Positions 9,285 through 16,981 of a DNA stretch of 64,000 nt are shown in pieces; the first letter of the stretch is position 1; the number at the start of each line of letters is the position of its first letter. The notes beneath the pieces were generated by a model. It was not told the DNA's origin and did no database searches. It saw only the letters and a list, made by a program, of their open reading frames with translations. The stretch comes from a virus (Duplodnaviria; Heunggongvirae; Uroviricota; Caudoviricetes). Location: the IMG/VR virus record IMGVR_UViG_3300028887_000096, positions 19,562 to 83,561 of that record. The stretch is one strand, 5' to 3'. The translations under genes and the position numbers were made by a program.

Positions 9285-9368
9285 TCTCGTCGGTGGGACT
9301 CGAACCCACACGCCCTTTCGGGCACAGGCCCCTCAAACCTGCGCGTCTACCAATTCCGCCACGACGAG
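9285..9368 (-). tRNA. tRNA-Leu(GAG)
   Basis: Class II. Acceptor CTCGTCG/CGACGAG, loop TTGAGGG, variable arm TGCCCGAAAGGGCG. Confidence 0.8.
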
Positions 9369-9374
9369 GAATAG

Positions 9375-9449
9375 GGTGACCGACGGGACTCGAACCCGCA
9401 ACGGCTGCCTTCACAGGGCAGGGCTCCACCAGTTGAGCTACGGCGCACC
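9375..9449 (-). tRNA. tRNA-His(GTG) with G-1
   Basis: Loop CTGTGAA. Extra 5' G pairs with the C73 discriminator. One bulged nucleotide in the acceptor stem. Confidence 0.65.
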
Positions 9450-9623
9450 ATAAGTGCCGATGTTTTTATTGTAGGAGAATCGGAGCTCCGGTAACTTGAT
9501 GACAACAATGGCCCGGTAATAGCAAGCCAAGCACGGTCAGGGAAACGACCGCGAGGAGCAGGAGCCAGAATGTGATGTTGCCGCGTACCATGAGGATACT
9601 CCGTTAGTAAGAAAAATTCGTAG

Positions 9624-9712
9624 AGGAGACAGCAGGATTCGAACCTGCGGGGGCTTTGAGGGCCCCACGGCGTTAGCACCGCCGCGCCTTAAACCAGCTC
9701 GGCCATGTCTCC
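9624..9712 (-). tRNA. tRNA-Ser(GCT)
   Basis: Class II. Acceptor GGAGACA/TGTCTCC, loop GTGCTAA, T-arm GCAGGTTCGAATCCTGC. Confidence 0.7.
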
Positions 9713-9722
9713 AAATTTTTAG

Positions 9723-9811
9723 TGGGCAGGACAGGATTCGAACCTGTGATGTTTACCCAAAGGGACCTGATTTACAGTCAGGCTGCTTCAAACCAGCTTG
9801 CATACCTACCC
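9723..9811 (-). tRNA. tRNA-Tyr(GTA)
   Basis: Class II. Anticodon arm CCTGA-CTGTAAA-TCAGG, T-arm ACAGGTTCGAATCCTGT. Confidence 0.75.
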
Positions 9812-9823
9812 AAAATGTCTTCG

Positions 9824-9907
9824 CGGAAGCGGAGGGAGTCGAACCCCCAAGCCCTTGCGGAACCACGGTTTTCAAGACCGCTTGAGTCGCCAGTCTCTTG
9901 CGCTTCC
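9824..9907 (-). tRNA. tRNA-Ser(TGA)
   Basis: Class II. Acceptor GGAAGCG/CGCTTCC, loop CTTGAAA, T-arm GGGGGTTCGACTCCCTC. D-arm atypical. Confidence 0.6.
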
Positions 9908-9911
9908 ATAG

Positions 9912-9984
9912 CTCCACCTCCTGGACTCGAACCAGGGACCATCCGATTAACAGTCGGGCGCTCTACCAACTGAGCTAAGGTGGA
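9912..9984 (-). tRNA. tRNA-Asn(GTT)
   Basis: Acceptor TCCACCT/AGGTGGA, loop CTGTTAA. Confidence 0.8.
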
Positions 9985-10000
9985 ATAAAAATCACGTCCA

Positions 10001-10798
10001 TTACGGTGTTGATTGGTTGGGATTTGCCCATATCCCACATTTATACGGGCCATATTTTGCCTCCCAGGCGGCAATCCGGGATTTCAATTCTTCTAGCGTA
10101 ATGGAGCATTTGGAACCCTTGGAAGTATTTTTGGTTTGCAAAATCAGTTTGCAATTCGCGGGATGCTCGATAATCGTCGCGGGCACTTTATTGATGTAGC
10201 CCGCCTTTACGCTATACATGTGGTCGCGTGATACCCCGCCTGGGTTGTTGCCTTTATTGACGGGGCTGTACCACCCATGTTTCTTTATCAATTCAAAATC
10301 AAACTCGTCTGGATAATCGGCAAGGTTGAATTTAAATTTGCATGCGTTCCTGTAGTTGATGAACTCGGCGGAATACGCATTTGCACGTTGCCGTTTTCTG
10401 TACTCAATCCGGCATTGGTCCGAACAATATACACGGGTGTGCAATTTATGATGTATTTCAGCGCCGCAGTTTTTACAGCGCGTTACCGGAACCGAAATCC
10501 TGGTTCCCGCAACGATGGTTACTCTTTTGAGTTTTTCGCTAAGTTTTTGCCTTAACTCAGGTGTTCGTTCTCGACCATTGGCACAGCTGCGTGAACAGTG
10601 GAGAGGCCATCTGCCTTTCTCATAGTCGATATTTCGTATCGCTTTTGTAAATTCTTTATCGCATTTGGTGCATGTAAATGTATGTTCAGTTTTTGTTTGG
10701 TTATATTCTTTTATGCGGTGCATACTCAACTTGGCCTTTTCACGGCCTAGTTCAATATTTCGCCGATTTGCGGCTATTCGTTTTTCAGTGATAACCAT
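10001..10798 (-). CDS. HNH homing endonuclease with N-terminal zinc-ribbon motifs, inserted in the tRNA array
   Basis: C-terminal SRDHMYSVKAGY...HPANCKLILQTKNTSKG (HNH-like D-H/N/N-K). Several CxxC pairs in the N-terminus. Local GC is about 42%, against 58% for the surrounding DNA. GGAGA RBS 8 nt before the ATG. Confidence 0.7.
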   Translation of the reverse strand: MVITEKRIAANRRNIELGREKAKLSMHRIKEYNQTKTEHTFTCTKCDKEFTKAIRNIDYEKGRWPLHCSRSCANGRERTPELRQKLSEKLKRVTIVAGTRISVPVTRCKNCGAEIHHKLHTRVYCSDQCRIEYRKRQRANAYSAEFINYRNACKFKFNLADYPDEFDFELIKKHGWYSPVNKGNNPGGVSRDHMYSVKAGYINKVPATIIEHPANCKLILQTKNTSKGSKCSITLEELKSRIAAWEAKYGPYKCGIWANPNQSTP

Positions 10799-10816
10799 AA
10801 GAATATCTCCATTTAG

Positions 10817-10889
10817 TGCCAGGAACTGGACTCGAACCAGTATCTGAGGCTTTTCAGACCCCCGCCGTGACCATCTTGGCTATCCTGGC
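10817..10889 (-). tRNA. tRNA-Phe(GAA)
   Basis: Acceptor GCCAGGA/TCCTGGC, loop CTGAAAA. Confidence 0.75.
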
Positions 10890-10900
10890 ATAAAGTTTAG

Positions 10901-10973
10901 TAGCCCCTGCCGGATTCGAACCGACGTTCCTTGGCTGAAAACCAACTGTCCTAGTCCACTAGACGAAGGGGCC
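10901..10973 (-). tRNA. tRNA-Glu(TTC)
   Basis: D-arm GTCTAGTGGACTAGGAC, loop TTTTCAG, T-arm CGGTTCGAATCCG. Confidence 0.7.
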
Positions 10974-10976
10974 ATA

Positions 10977-11053
10977 TAGGCTATACTGGGATCGAACCAG
11001 TGACCTCGGGATTCGTAGTCCCGCGCTCTAAAATCCGGCTGAGCTAATAGCCT
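10977..11053 (-). tRNA. tRNA-Arg(ACG)
   Basis: Acceptor AGGCTAT/ATAGCCT, anticodon arm CGGGA-CTACGAA-TCCCG. Confidence 0.75.
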
Positions 11054-11061
11054 GAAAGTAA

Positions 11062-11134
11062 TGGACCCGGTGGGTAACGATCCCATCACAGTAACTGTGC
11101 CACAGTCACTCGCCACCATGGATCATGCGAGCCC
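11062..11134 (-). tRNA. tRNA-Ala(GGC), unusual D-arm and T-loop
   Basis: G3:U70 in the acceptor GGGCTCG/CGGGTCC, loop GTGGCAC. T-loop ATCGTTA is noncanonical. Confidence 0.55.
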
Positions 11135-11193
11135 AAAATAAAATCAACACCGTAATGTCAATATGCTGAATGGTTTCTCGAACCATTCGTGTT

Positions 11194-11267
11194 CGTGGAC
11201 CGCTAGGGGCTCGAACCCTACACACCTACCTTGCGAAGGTAGATCGCCACCGGAGGAACATGGCAGC
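11194..11267 (-). tRNA. tRNA-Ala(CGC), unusual D-arm
   Basis: G3:U70 in the acceptor GGGCTGC/GCGGTCC, anticodon arm CTACC-TTCGCAA-GGTAG, T-arm TAGGGTTCGAGCCCCTA. Confidence 0.6.
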
Positions 11268-11283
11268 CCAAATTTGTTTTTCG

Positions 11284-11358
11284 TGGACCCGGTGGGGCTC
11301 GAACCCACCACAACCGGCTTGCAAAGCCAGCTCGCCTCCAAGCGGATCATGCGAGCCC
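11284..11358 (-). tRNA. tRNA-Ala(TGC), unusual D-arm
   Basis: G3:U70 in the acceptor, anticodon arm CTGGC-TTTGCAA-GCCGG, T-arm GTGGGTTCGAGCCCCAC. Shares 5' half and flanking spacer with the other Ala genes. Confidence 0.6.
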
Positions 11359-11380
11359 AAATGTTTGCCGCCTAACGAAA

Positions 11381-11415
11381 GAACCCCGGTTCAGTTTTCC
11401 TGTACCGGGGTTCTC
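11381..11415. terminator. Bidirectional rho-independent terminator
   Basis: GAACCCCGGT...ACCGGGGTTC hairpin with T-rich flank. Confidence 0.6.
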
Positions 11416-11670
11416 TTCGAGTAAGGCTAAGAAGAAGAGGTTATCACCCGGTCAGGCCACTTTCGGCATAGCATGCGAAATGACGGCTGGCATTGCTGGA
11501 TGCCAAGCGTTCATTCGAGAGATATGCTGAAAATAGTTGCTTCATGGGTTTTTCCTTTTCTGCCATTAAGTTTAGCAATTTATTTTTCGTCCGGCAAGGG
11601 TTTTTGACCCCATTTTGAAGAAATAATAAATAAATAAGTTTTGTGTAAGTTTCCCGTAAGAAAATGACCC

Positions 11671-12225
11671 CTACATGAAGAAATCTGCATACATTTCGGT
11701 GGTCTGTTCGTCCTCGGAAAGGGTTGCGCGGAACTCCGCGAGGCGGCTGCTGAGGTAGTTGAACTCCTTCTGGTACCTGTCGTAGCGCTCGTAGTCCTTG
11801 TCGCTCTTCAAGTTGTTGCCGACAATCGTCATGTTGTCTTCGAGGTCGGCCAGCTTGATCTTCGTCGTGATGAGGTTCTCGCCGACCTTCTTGATGTAGT
11901 CGTCCCTGCCGAGGCTCTTGCGCCTGGTGAGGATTTCTACGCATTTCCACACGACCTCCGGGAAATAGAGCATGAGGTCCGATGTGGTCATGTTCCCTTC
12001 CTCTATGACATCGTGGAGATAGGCGATGGCGGTGATTGAGTCGTCCCCATACTGGCGGTCAAGCGCATTGGCCACCCGGGTCGGGTGCTGCACGTATTCC
12101 TGGCCGCTCTTGTCCAGCTGGCCCTCGTGCGCGAACGTTGCGAACTCGCATGCCTTCTGGACCATGCTTCCGTCGAACCTGTTCATTCGTTTAAGGAAAG
12201 CCTTGATTTCGTCGCGTGAACGCAT
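11671..12225 (-). CDS. HD-domain hydrolase, SpoT/Mesh1-like (p)ppGpp hydrolase candidate
   Basis: FAHEGQLDKSGQEYVQHP..VA, AIAYLHDVIEEG and IKLADLEDNM match HD motifs of the RelA/SpoT hydrolase domain. Confidence 0.65.
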   Translation of the reverse strand: MRSRDEIKAFLKRMNRFDGSMVQKACEFATFAHEGQLDKSGQEYVQHPTRVANALDRQYGDDSITAIAYLHDVIEEGNMTTSDLMLYFPEVVWKCVEILTRRKSLGRDDYIKKVGENLITTKIKLADLEDNMTIVGNNLKSDKDYERYDRYQKEFNYLSSRLAEFRATLSEDEQTTEMYADFFM

Positions 12226-12261
12226 TAAGATCTAAAAACTCCGATAAAGTCGTTAAAGCCA

Positions 12262-12300
12262 TGGGTCCCGGCGGGACTCTTGAGTCTAAAAATAGGTTTT
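12262..12300 (-). terminator. Rho-independent terminator ending the minus-strand operon
   Basis: GGGTCCCGGCGGGACTC hairpin followed by a T-tract on the minus strand. Confidence 0.5.
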
Positions 12301-12312
12301 TTGATACGAAAA
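12283..12312 (-). promoter_or_regulatory. Second motif class variant TTTTTCGTATCAAAAAACCTATTTTTAG
   Basis: Upstream of the HD-hydrolase gene. Confidence 0.3.
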
Positions 12313-12336
12313 ACCAAGAATTCCAGGGCCCGGTCG

Positions 12337-12687
12337 TTAAAAATTTTGCCCGCAGTCGGAATTGTTGAACCAGTAGTTCGGGGCGTCCATCCCCTCGCTG
12401 TTGGAGATTTCCCCGTGGGCGTCGTTGCCCGGCATGAACAGGGGCCCGTTGTTGTGGCAATGCCCGCCCGGGCAGTGGGCGTGCGCGATGAGGCGGTTGG
12501 TCCCGTCGGCCAGCTTGACCGCCTCGAACGCGTGGTCAGGGGTCGCGTGGACCTCGACGAACTTCTTTACGCCGAAGTTGATTTCCTCCTCGTAGGCGCC
12601 GGGCGGCAGGAACGGCATCGAGGCTGGGCTCATGATGTCCTGGTACGGGTTCGGCGAGGGATTGCATCTGCAAGGAGGCTTCTTCAT
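12337..12687 (-). CDS. Hypothetical protein with His-rich motif (weak Cu/Zn-SOD-like AHAH..GGHCHNNGP..HGE)
   Basis: Start 1 nt after the GNAT stop. Protein-like composition. Confidence 0.5.
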   Translation of the reverse strand: MKKPPCRCNPSPNPYQDIMSPASMPFLPPGAYEEEINFGVKKFVEVHATPDHAFEAVKLADGTNRLIAHAHCPGGHCHNNGPLFMPGNDAHGEISNSEGMDAPNYWFNNSDCGQNF

Positions 12688-12688
12688 G

Positions 12689-13318
12689 TTATCCTACCCA
12701 GATTTGGACGGGATGGCCGGAACCGTCGTCGGGGACTACCGCGACCATCTCGTAACCGTTGTTGATCATGCCGACCATGGTCTCGCGGTCGTCCGCGTCA
12801 ACCACGGTGAACGTAGTGATGCCGAGCTTCGCTATCTGCGCACGGAGCTCCGTCCCGAGGCCCATGCCGCGGTAGCCCTCGTCAACTGCGAAGAACTCCT
12901 GCTGGAGCATGCCGTCGAAGTTCTTGTCCGTGAGGAGGGAGTAAATCTCCACCGGGCGGAAGCCCTGGTAGGATTCCTGCGTCGGGTCGACGATTGTCGC
13001 GACCGCCACGGGATTGTCCCCGTTCTCCGCGTCGCAGATATACACGACGGTGTCGGAGTTGAGGAGACGGTCGAGTGTCGCCGGGACCGGGCGGGTCGCC
13101 ACCTCGGCATCCTTCGGCGTGGACGAATACTTCCCGTCGATGATTGCGACGAGCTGGTTCAGCCGTTCTTCTGGTATCTTGTCCGGGGTCTCGACGTAGG
13201 CCTTGAACCGGTTCGGGTCAAGTTTCTCCTGCTTTTCCTCGGACTGCTCCGACGCGGCGTCACATGCCGCGGCGAGGTTGTTCGCGCTGTCGTAATCGTA
13301 GAGTGGGTCGTTCATCAT
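12689..13318 (-). CDS. GNAT-family acetyltransferase
   Basis: EFFAVDEGYRGMGLGTELRAQI (GNAT motif A). I trimmed the start to MMNDPLY, because the ORF-track N-terminus is an Arg-rich artefact. Confidence 0.65.
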   Translation of the reverse strand: MMNDPLYDYDSANNLAAACDAASEQSEEKQEKLDPNRFKAYVETPDKIPEERLNQLVAIIDGKYSSTPKDAEVATRPVPATLDRLLNSDTVVYICDAENGDNPVAVATIVDPTQESYQGFRPVEIYSLLTDKNFDGMLQQEFFAVDEGYRGMGLGTELRAQIAKLGITTFTVVDADDRETMVGMINNGYEMVAVVPDDGSGHPVQIWVG

Positions 13319-14010
13319 TAACCGCCTATGTTGGAGTCGGCCTCGAACCATGTCTGGAAGTCCGGGGCCATCGCGAGCTTCTGGTGATACATCTTGTTGA
13401 TGGGGGCGACGAGTGCGCCGATGGAGCGCTGCTTGGCCTGCTTGAGTTCGGCCTCGGCCTGTTCCATCGCGGCAGTGTCGTTGGTGTCCTTTGCCGCGGC
13501 GAGTGCCTTCTGCGCCTTCTCGAAAGCCGGGCTGTGGAGTTCGCCGGAGACGATCTTCTTGTAGAGGTCGGTCGCCTTGCGCCACCCTTCCGTGTTGATC
13601 GGGTTCGGGTTGTCCGCCTGGTCGCGGTCGAGTTCCTGCGTGATGAGCACGAGACATTCCTGTCCGAGTTCGGCAATCTGCTCGTCAGTCATGCCGCGGT
13701 CGGCCTGGACGGAGAACTCCGCGGTCTTCAACGGGTCCACCTGGAGGCCCGGGTTCCCGGCACATGCCGTGAGGGATGCCCCGAGGACGCCTGCCGCAAG
13801 GAGGGTGCGCATGAACTTGCCCGCCTTGACGACACCGCTTTTCAGGGTGGTCAGCTTGTCCTGGAGGCTCTCGAACTGGGCCTGCGGGATTTCACCCTTG
13901 CTGTGTGCGGAGACCAGCATGGCCTCCTGCACGCTTTCGAGAATGGCCGCCTTGCGCAGGTCAGCGCCCTGTTTCATGTCGTCGATGGTGTTGTAAACGC
14001 TCCAATCCAT
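13318..14010 (-). CDS. Hypothetical protein with internal lipobox/TM segment (LLAAGVLGASLTAC)
   Basis: First gene of a three-gene minus-strand operon. Its stop overlaps the GNAT start. Confidence 0.55.
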   Translation of the reverse strand: MDWSVYNTIDDMKQGADLRKAAILESVQEAMLVSAHSKGEIPQAQFESLQDKLTTLKSGVVKAGKFMRTLLAAGVLGASLTACAGNPGLQVDPLKTAEFSVQADRGMTDEQIAELGQECLVLITQELDRDQADNPNPINTEGWRKATDLYKKIVSGELHSPAFEKAQKALAAAKDTNDTAAMEQAEAELKQAKQRSIGALVAPINKMYHQKLAMAPDFQTWFEADSNIGG

Positions 14011-14057
14011 GATATTTGCCGTAAAATCTTGCCCATAGTTTATAGTTTCGGGGAGGA

Positions 14058-14071
14058 ATTTGCTATATTTC
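14058..14071 (+). promoter_or_regulatory. Promoter motif TTTGCTATATTTC
   Basis: Upstream of the 14125 ATG. Confidence 0.55.
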
Positions 14072-14124
14072 CATTAAAGGGCGGCCCGTGCCGTTCCATA
14101 AACTATTATACCCAAGGAACTGAA

Positions 14125-14385
14125 ATGATTACAACCATCGCGGCGATGAAGGAAAAGGGGATGCGAATTGTCGTCCCGAAATGGTCCGGCGACTACAACG
14201 GCTACTTCAAGGTGGACCGTGGCTCGATGACGGACGAGGAGTGGAAGACATGGCTATCCGTGAACAAGGGCGAAATCTCCCGACAGATTTCCCTCTTCAT
14301 GAAGGAAAAGCGCCCGTCGTCCGAACTCCAGGCATACATTATCAACTTCCTCACGGAAAAGGGGATTGACGCATGCCCTGCCTAG
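14125..14385 (+). CDS. Hypothetical small protein
   Basis: Promoter motif at 14058-14071. ATG at MITTIAAM. The ORF-track N-terminal extension is rejected. Confidence 0.55.
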   Translation: MITTIAAMKEKGMRIVVPKWSGDYNGYFKVDRGSMTDEEWKTWLSVNKGEISRQISLFMKEKRPSSELQAYIINFLTEKGIDACPA

Positions 14386-15185
14386 CTGAACCAATCTACG
14401 ATTCCGAAGCGATTGAAAAATCCTTCATGCGGGTTATCTACGACTCAAAGACGCTTGTCCTTGGAAGTCCCTATGTCATGGCCAATCCGGCCCATGCGGA
14501 ACCCGCAAGCAAGTGTCAGCTTGAATTTGACGACGAGAAGACCGATGTAATCAACGCATACGGCGGTCTCCGCGTCGATGAGAAGACCCACAGATATTAC
14601 CCGGTCATCAGGATGACCCGCGGCATCATGTGCTGGCTCCGCGTTTCCGCGCTGTTCGCGTCGGCACTGTTTGTTGGCGAAAGCGCCGGCAAGGTGAAGA
14701 AGATGCTCAGGTTCCAGAGCGCCCGCGTGGATTCCATCCTCAATTCCCCCGGCGACGTGATGAACGAAATGATGGCCCAGTTCAACCTGCCGACCGACGG
14801 CTACTTCCTCGACCTTTCCCGCAGGATGTTCCAGATGATGGTGACATGCGTTCTTGCGCACGAGGCTGGCCATGTGTGCCTGTGGCACTCGTTCCGCGGC
14901 CAGGGCGCCGATGCTGGCGCTACCAACCGCAACGACGAACGCAGCGCGGACATTTTCGCATGCTCCGTCCTCCAGTCCCTCGGGACGGGCGAAGTGGGTG
15001 CCGTAGCTTTTGTATGCCAGATGGCGTCTCTCATGTTTACCAGCAAGAAGCGCGAAACCTATGACGGCATGGACTCCCATCCGGCCACGGTAGAGCGCGT
15101 CAGGAACATCTACACCTCGTTTGCCAACGTGATGAAGTACAGCAAGGTGAAGTGGTCCGACATCGAGAAAATTATATGCAAATAA
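14373..15185 (+). CDS. HExxH zinc metallopeptidase (ImmA/IrrE-like)
   Basis: VLAHEAGHVCLWH plus downstream NDERSADIFA. Confidence 0.55.
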   Translation: MPCLAEPIYDSEAIEKSFMRVIYDSKTLVLGSPYVMANPAHAEPASKCQLEFDDEKTDVINAYGGLRVDEKTHRYYPVIRMTRGIMCWLRVSALFASALFVGESAGKVKKMLRFQSARVDSILNSPGDVMNEMMAQFNLPTDGYFLDLSRRMFQMMVTCVLAHEAGHVCLWHSFRGQGADAGATNRNDERSADIFACSVLQSLGTGEVGAVAFVCQMASLMFTSKKRETYDGMDSHPATVERVRNIYTSFANVMKYSKVKWSDIEKIICK

Positions 15186-15634
15186 CCACTACGTTCACAG
15201 CACAGACGATGCTGAAGTCCAATGCGACCGACCTGCCGCTGTTCCGCCCGCCGGTCACGATCAAGAAGCTCTTCGACATCGAAATCGACGAGGAACTCCG
15301 CGGGTTCGTGGACAAGTACCTGGAAGCCCGCAAGGGCGACGAGGACACCCCGCAATACGGCGCGGATCCGTTCCTCATGGCGCGTCTCAGGAAGGAGATG
15401 CAGAAGGTCTTCGGGAAGGAGACCAAGGTTGACAAGATGGCAGACGACGATGTCGTCGATTCCGCCATCACCCACGCCGTCGAGGACAAGGTCGAGGACC
15501 TGGTCCCGCTCAACTTGAAGGGCGCGAAGATTCTCGGTCTCGACCCGGAAAAGGACTGCCCGGAAGGGTTCCATGTCGCGAATGTCTTTATCCGCCTGAA
15601 GGGATGGGAGGTAGGCGATGCCACTGCGCGATGA
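15176..15634 (+). CDS. Hypothetical protein
   Basis: Start reassigned to ATG MQITTT, overlapping the upstream stop. Confidence 0.55.
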   Translation: MQITTTFTAQTMLKSNATDLPLFRPPVTIKKLFDIEIDEELRGFVDKYLEARKGDEDTPQYGADPFLMARLRKEMQKVFGKETKVDKMADDDVVDSAITHAVEDKVEDLVPLNLKGAKILGLDPEKDCPEGFHVANVFIRLKGWEVGDATAR

Positions 15635-15917
15635 CATTATCCGCTCGTTTACCGAGGAGCAGAAACGGATCTACGACAATGTCCTCGGGGACATCGAAGG
15701 CATCCACAAGGGCTGGCTCATGTGCCGGAAGTTCTACGACGATGCACAGAAGGTCATCGACGACAAGACAACCGGGCCGGAAGTCCGCCTGTTCCTCATG
15801 AACACTGTCCTGAAATTCTGGATGGGGAGAATGAAGGGCATCGAGACGCTGCTCAACTTCGCCGGGCATTCCGAACTGGTGCCTGCGTGGAAGAAGGAAT
15901 TCAACGCCTCCAAGTAG
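15618..15917 (+). CDS. Hypothetical protein
   Basis: Overlaps the upstream gene by 17 nt. Protein-like composition. Confidence 0.55.
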   Translation: MPLRDDIIRSFTEEQKRIYDNVLGDIEGIHKGWLMCRKFYDDAQKVIDDKTTGPEVRLFLMNTVLKFWMGRMKGIETLLNFAGHSELVPAWKKEFNASK

Positions 15918-16883
15918 CTACAATACGAGATAGAACAATGCGGCAATCGCCCCTCCGGTGACTGCCGTTATTGCATATAGTGCCTTGCGCATGCGGGATA
16001 CGCTCTGTTCCAGGTCGTTCTTCTCGTTGACGACGGTCCCGACATGTTCCGCCAGGTCCTCCACGCTCTGCTTGGATGCCAGGTTCATCGAGGTAAGACG
16101 CTTGATGGCCGAGTTCGCGAGCGTGAGTGCGGCACTGGACTTCTTCGAAATTTCGTTGATTTTCGGCTCGTAGCCGTTGATTACGTCTTCCATCCGGTCA
16201 ACATCGACGCATACGTCGTCCACGATGTCGGAAAGCCTTATCAGGGCCCGGTTTGTGTTTTCTTCCACCGCGATGTCCCCGTCGTTGTCGAACGCGAGCG
16301 CGTCCTCCTCGGATTCCCGGCTGATCCGTTCGAGCTCGGTAAGCTGCTTGATGACGGAGTTCTGCGACCGCTTGGTCAGCTCCTGCCGGTTCATCCCCAT
16401 CTCTTCGACGGCGATTGCCGTGGAGATTGCGTCGTCCCCGCCGTCTGCGAGGCCAACCGGCACCAGATGGTGCAGGTATCGGTTGTCGGACAGCTGTTCT
16501 GTGCCCACCGTCTTGTAAAGCTGGACGGCGACCTTTTCGAGCGGAGAAATGATTTCGAGCGGGCAGAATACACCGGCCTTTACCATCTCGTTGAATATCG
16601 ACGTGTCGGCGAATACGGAAATCTTCCCGATTTCATAGCCGGATGACTGGCGCACGACCTCGGCCAGGACCAGCGGGTCATCGGAGTAGACGACCTTCTG
16701 GATGTACTTCGACATGTAGTTCCACCCGCGGTTGGACGTCTCCTTCAGGGTAACCGCGAACGACCAGTCGAGGATGTCGGTTATCGACTTGTTGCGGATG
16801 CAGTCGGAGTAGTCGAAGATGCTGTGCGGTGTGAAGGAACCGTTCTCGTTCACGCCAAGCCAGCAGGTGATGGTGTTTTCCAT
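15918..16883 (-). CDS. Hypothetical C-terminally membrane-anchored protein
   Basis: C-terminal TM segment ALYAITAVTGGAIAALFYLVL. CGTAAAACCTAGTTTTC motif about 27 nt upstream. Confidence 0.6.
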   Translation of the reverse strand: MENTITCWLGVNENGSFTPHSIFDYSDCIRNKSITDILDWSFAVTLKETSNRGWNYMSKYIQKVVYSDDPLVLAEVVRQSSGYEIGKISVFADTSIFNEMVKAGVFCPLEIISPLEKVAVQLYKTVGTEQLSDNRYLHHLVPVGLADGGDDAISTAIAVEEMGMNRQELTKRSQNSVIKQLTELERISRESEEDALAFDNDGDIAVEENTNRALIRLSDIVDDVCVDVDRMEDVINGYEPKINEISKKSSAALTLANSAIKRLTSMNLASKQSVEDLAEHVGTVVNEKNDLEQSVSRMRKALYAITAVTGGAIAALFYLVL

Positions 16884-16904
16884 GTCGCGGTGGTCGTTGT
16901 TACA

Positions 16905-16925
16905 TCCGAAAACTAGGTTTTACGA
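16905..16925 (-). promoter_or_regulatory. Second motif class CGTAAAACCTAGTTTTCGG
   Basis: 27 nt upstream of the minus gene starting at 16883. Confidence 0.4.
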
Positions 16926-16981
16926 AAAACGGGCCCGCGCCGGAGCGCGGACCCTGCCATGCGGTGTCGTTGTCGGAATGA

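Noticed and set aside
9347-9679. 110-aa minus ORF overlapping tRNA genes
   Set aside because: It is superimposed on tRNA-His and tRNA-Ser structures and has no protein-like composition.
8859-11358. tRNA array as a prophage attachment site or integration boundary
   Set aside because: No integrase, direct repeats or host-like genes flank the arrays. Both arrays are embedded in virus-type gene blocks that share the same promoter motif.
13264-14385. 373-aa plus ORF
   Set aside because: Only the last 87 codons (from 14125) look protein-like and follow the promoter motif. The N-terminal part overlaps two convincing minus-strand genes.
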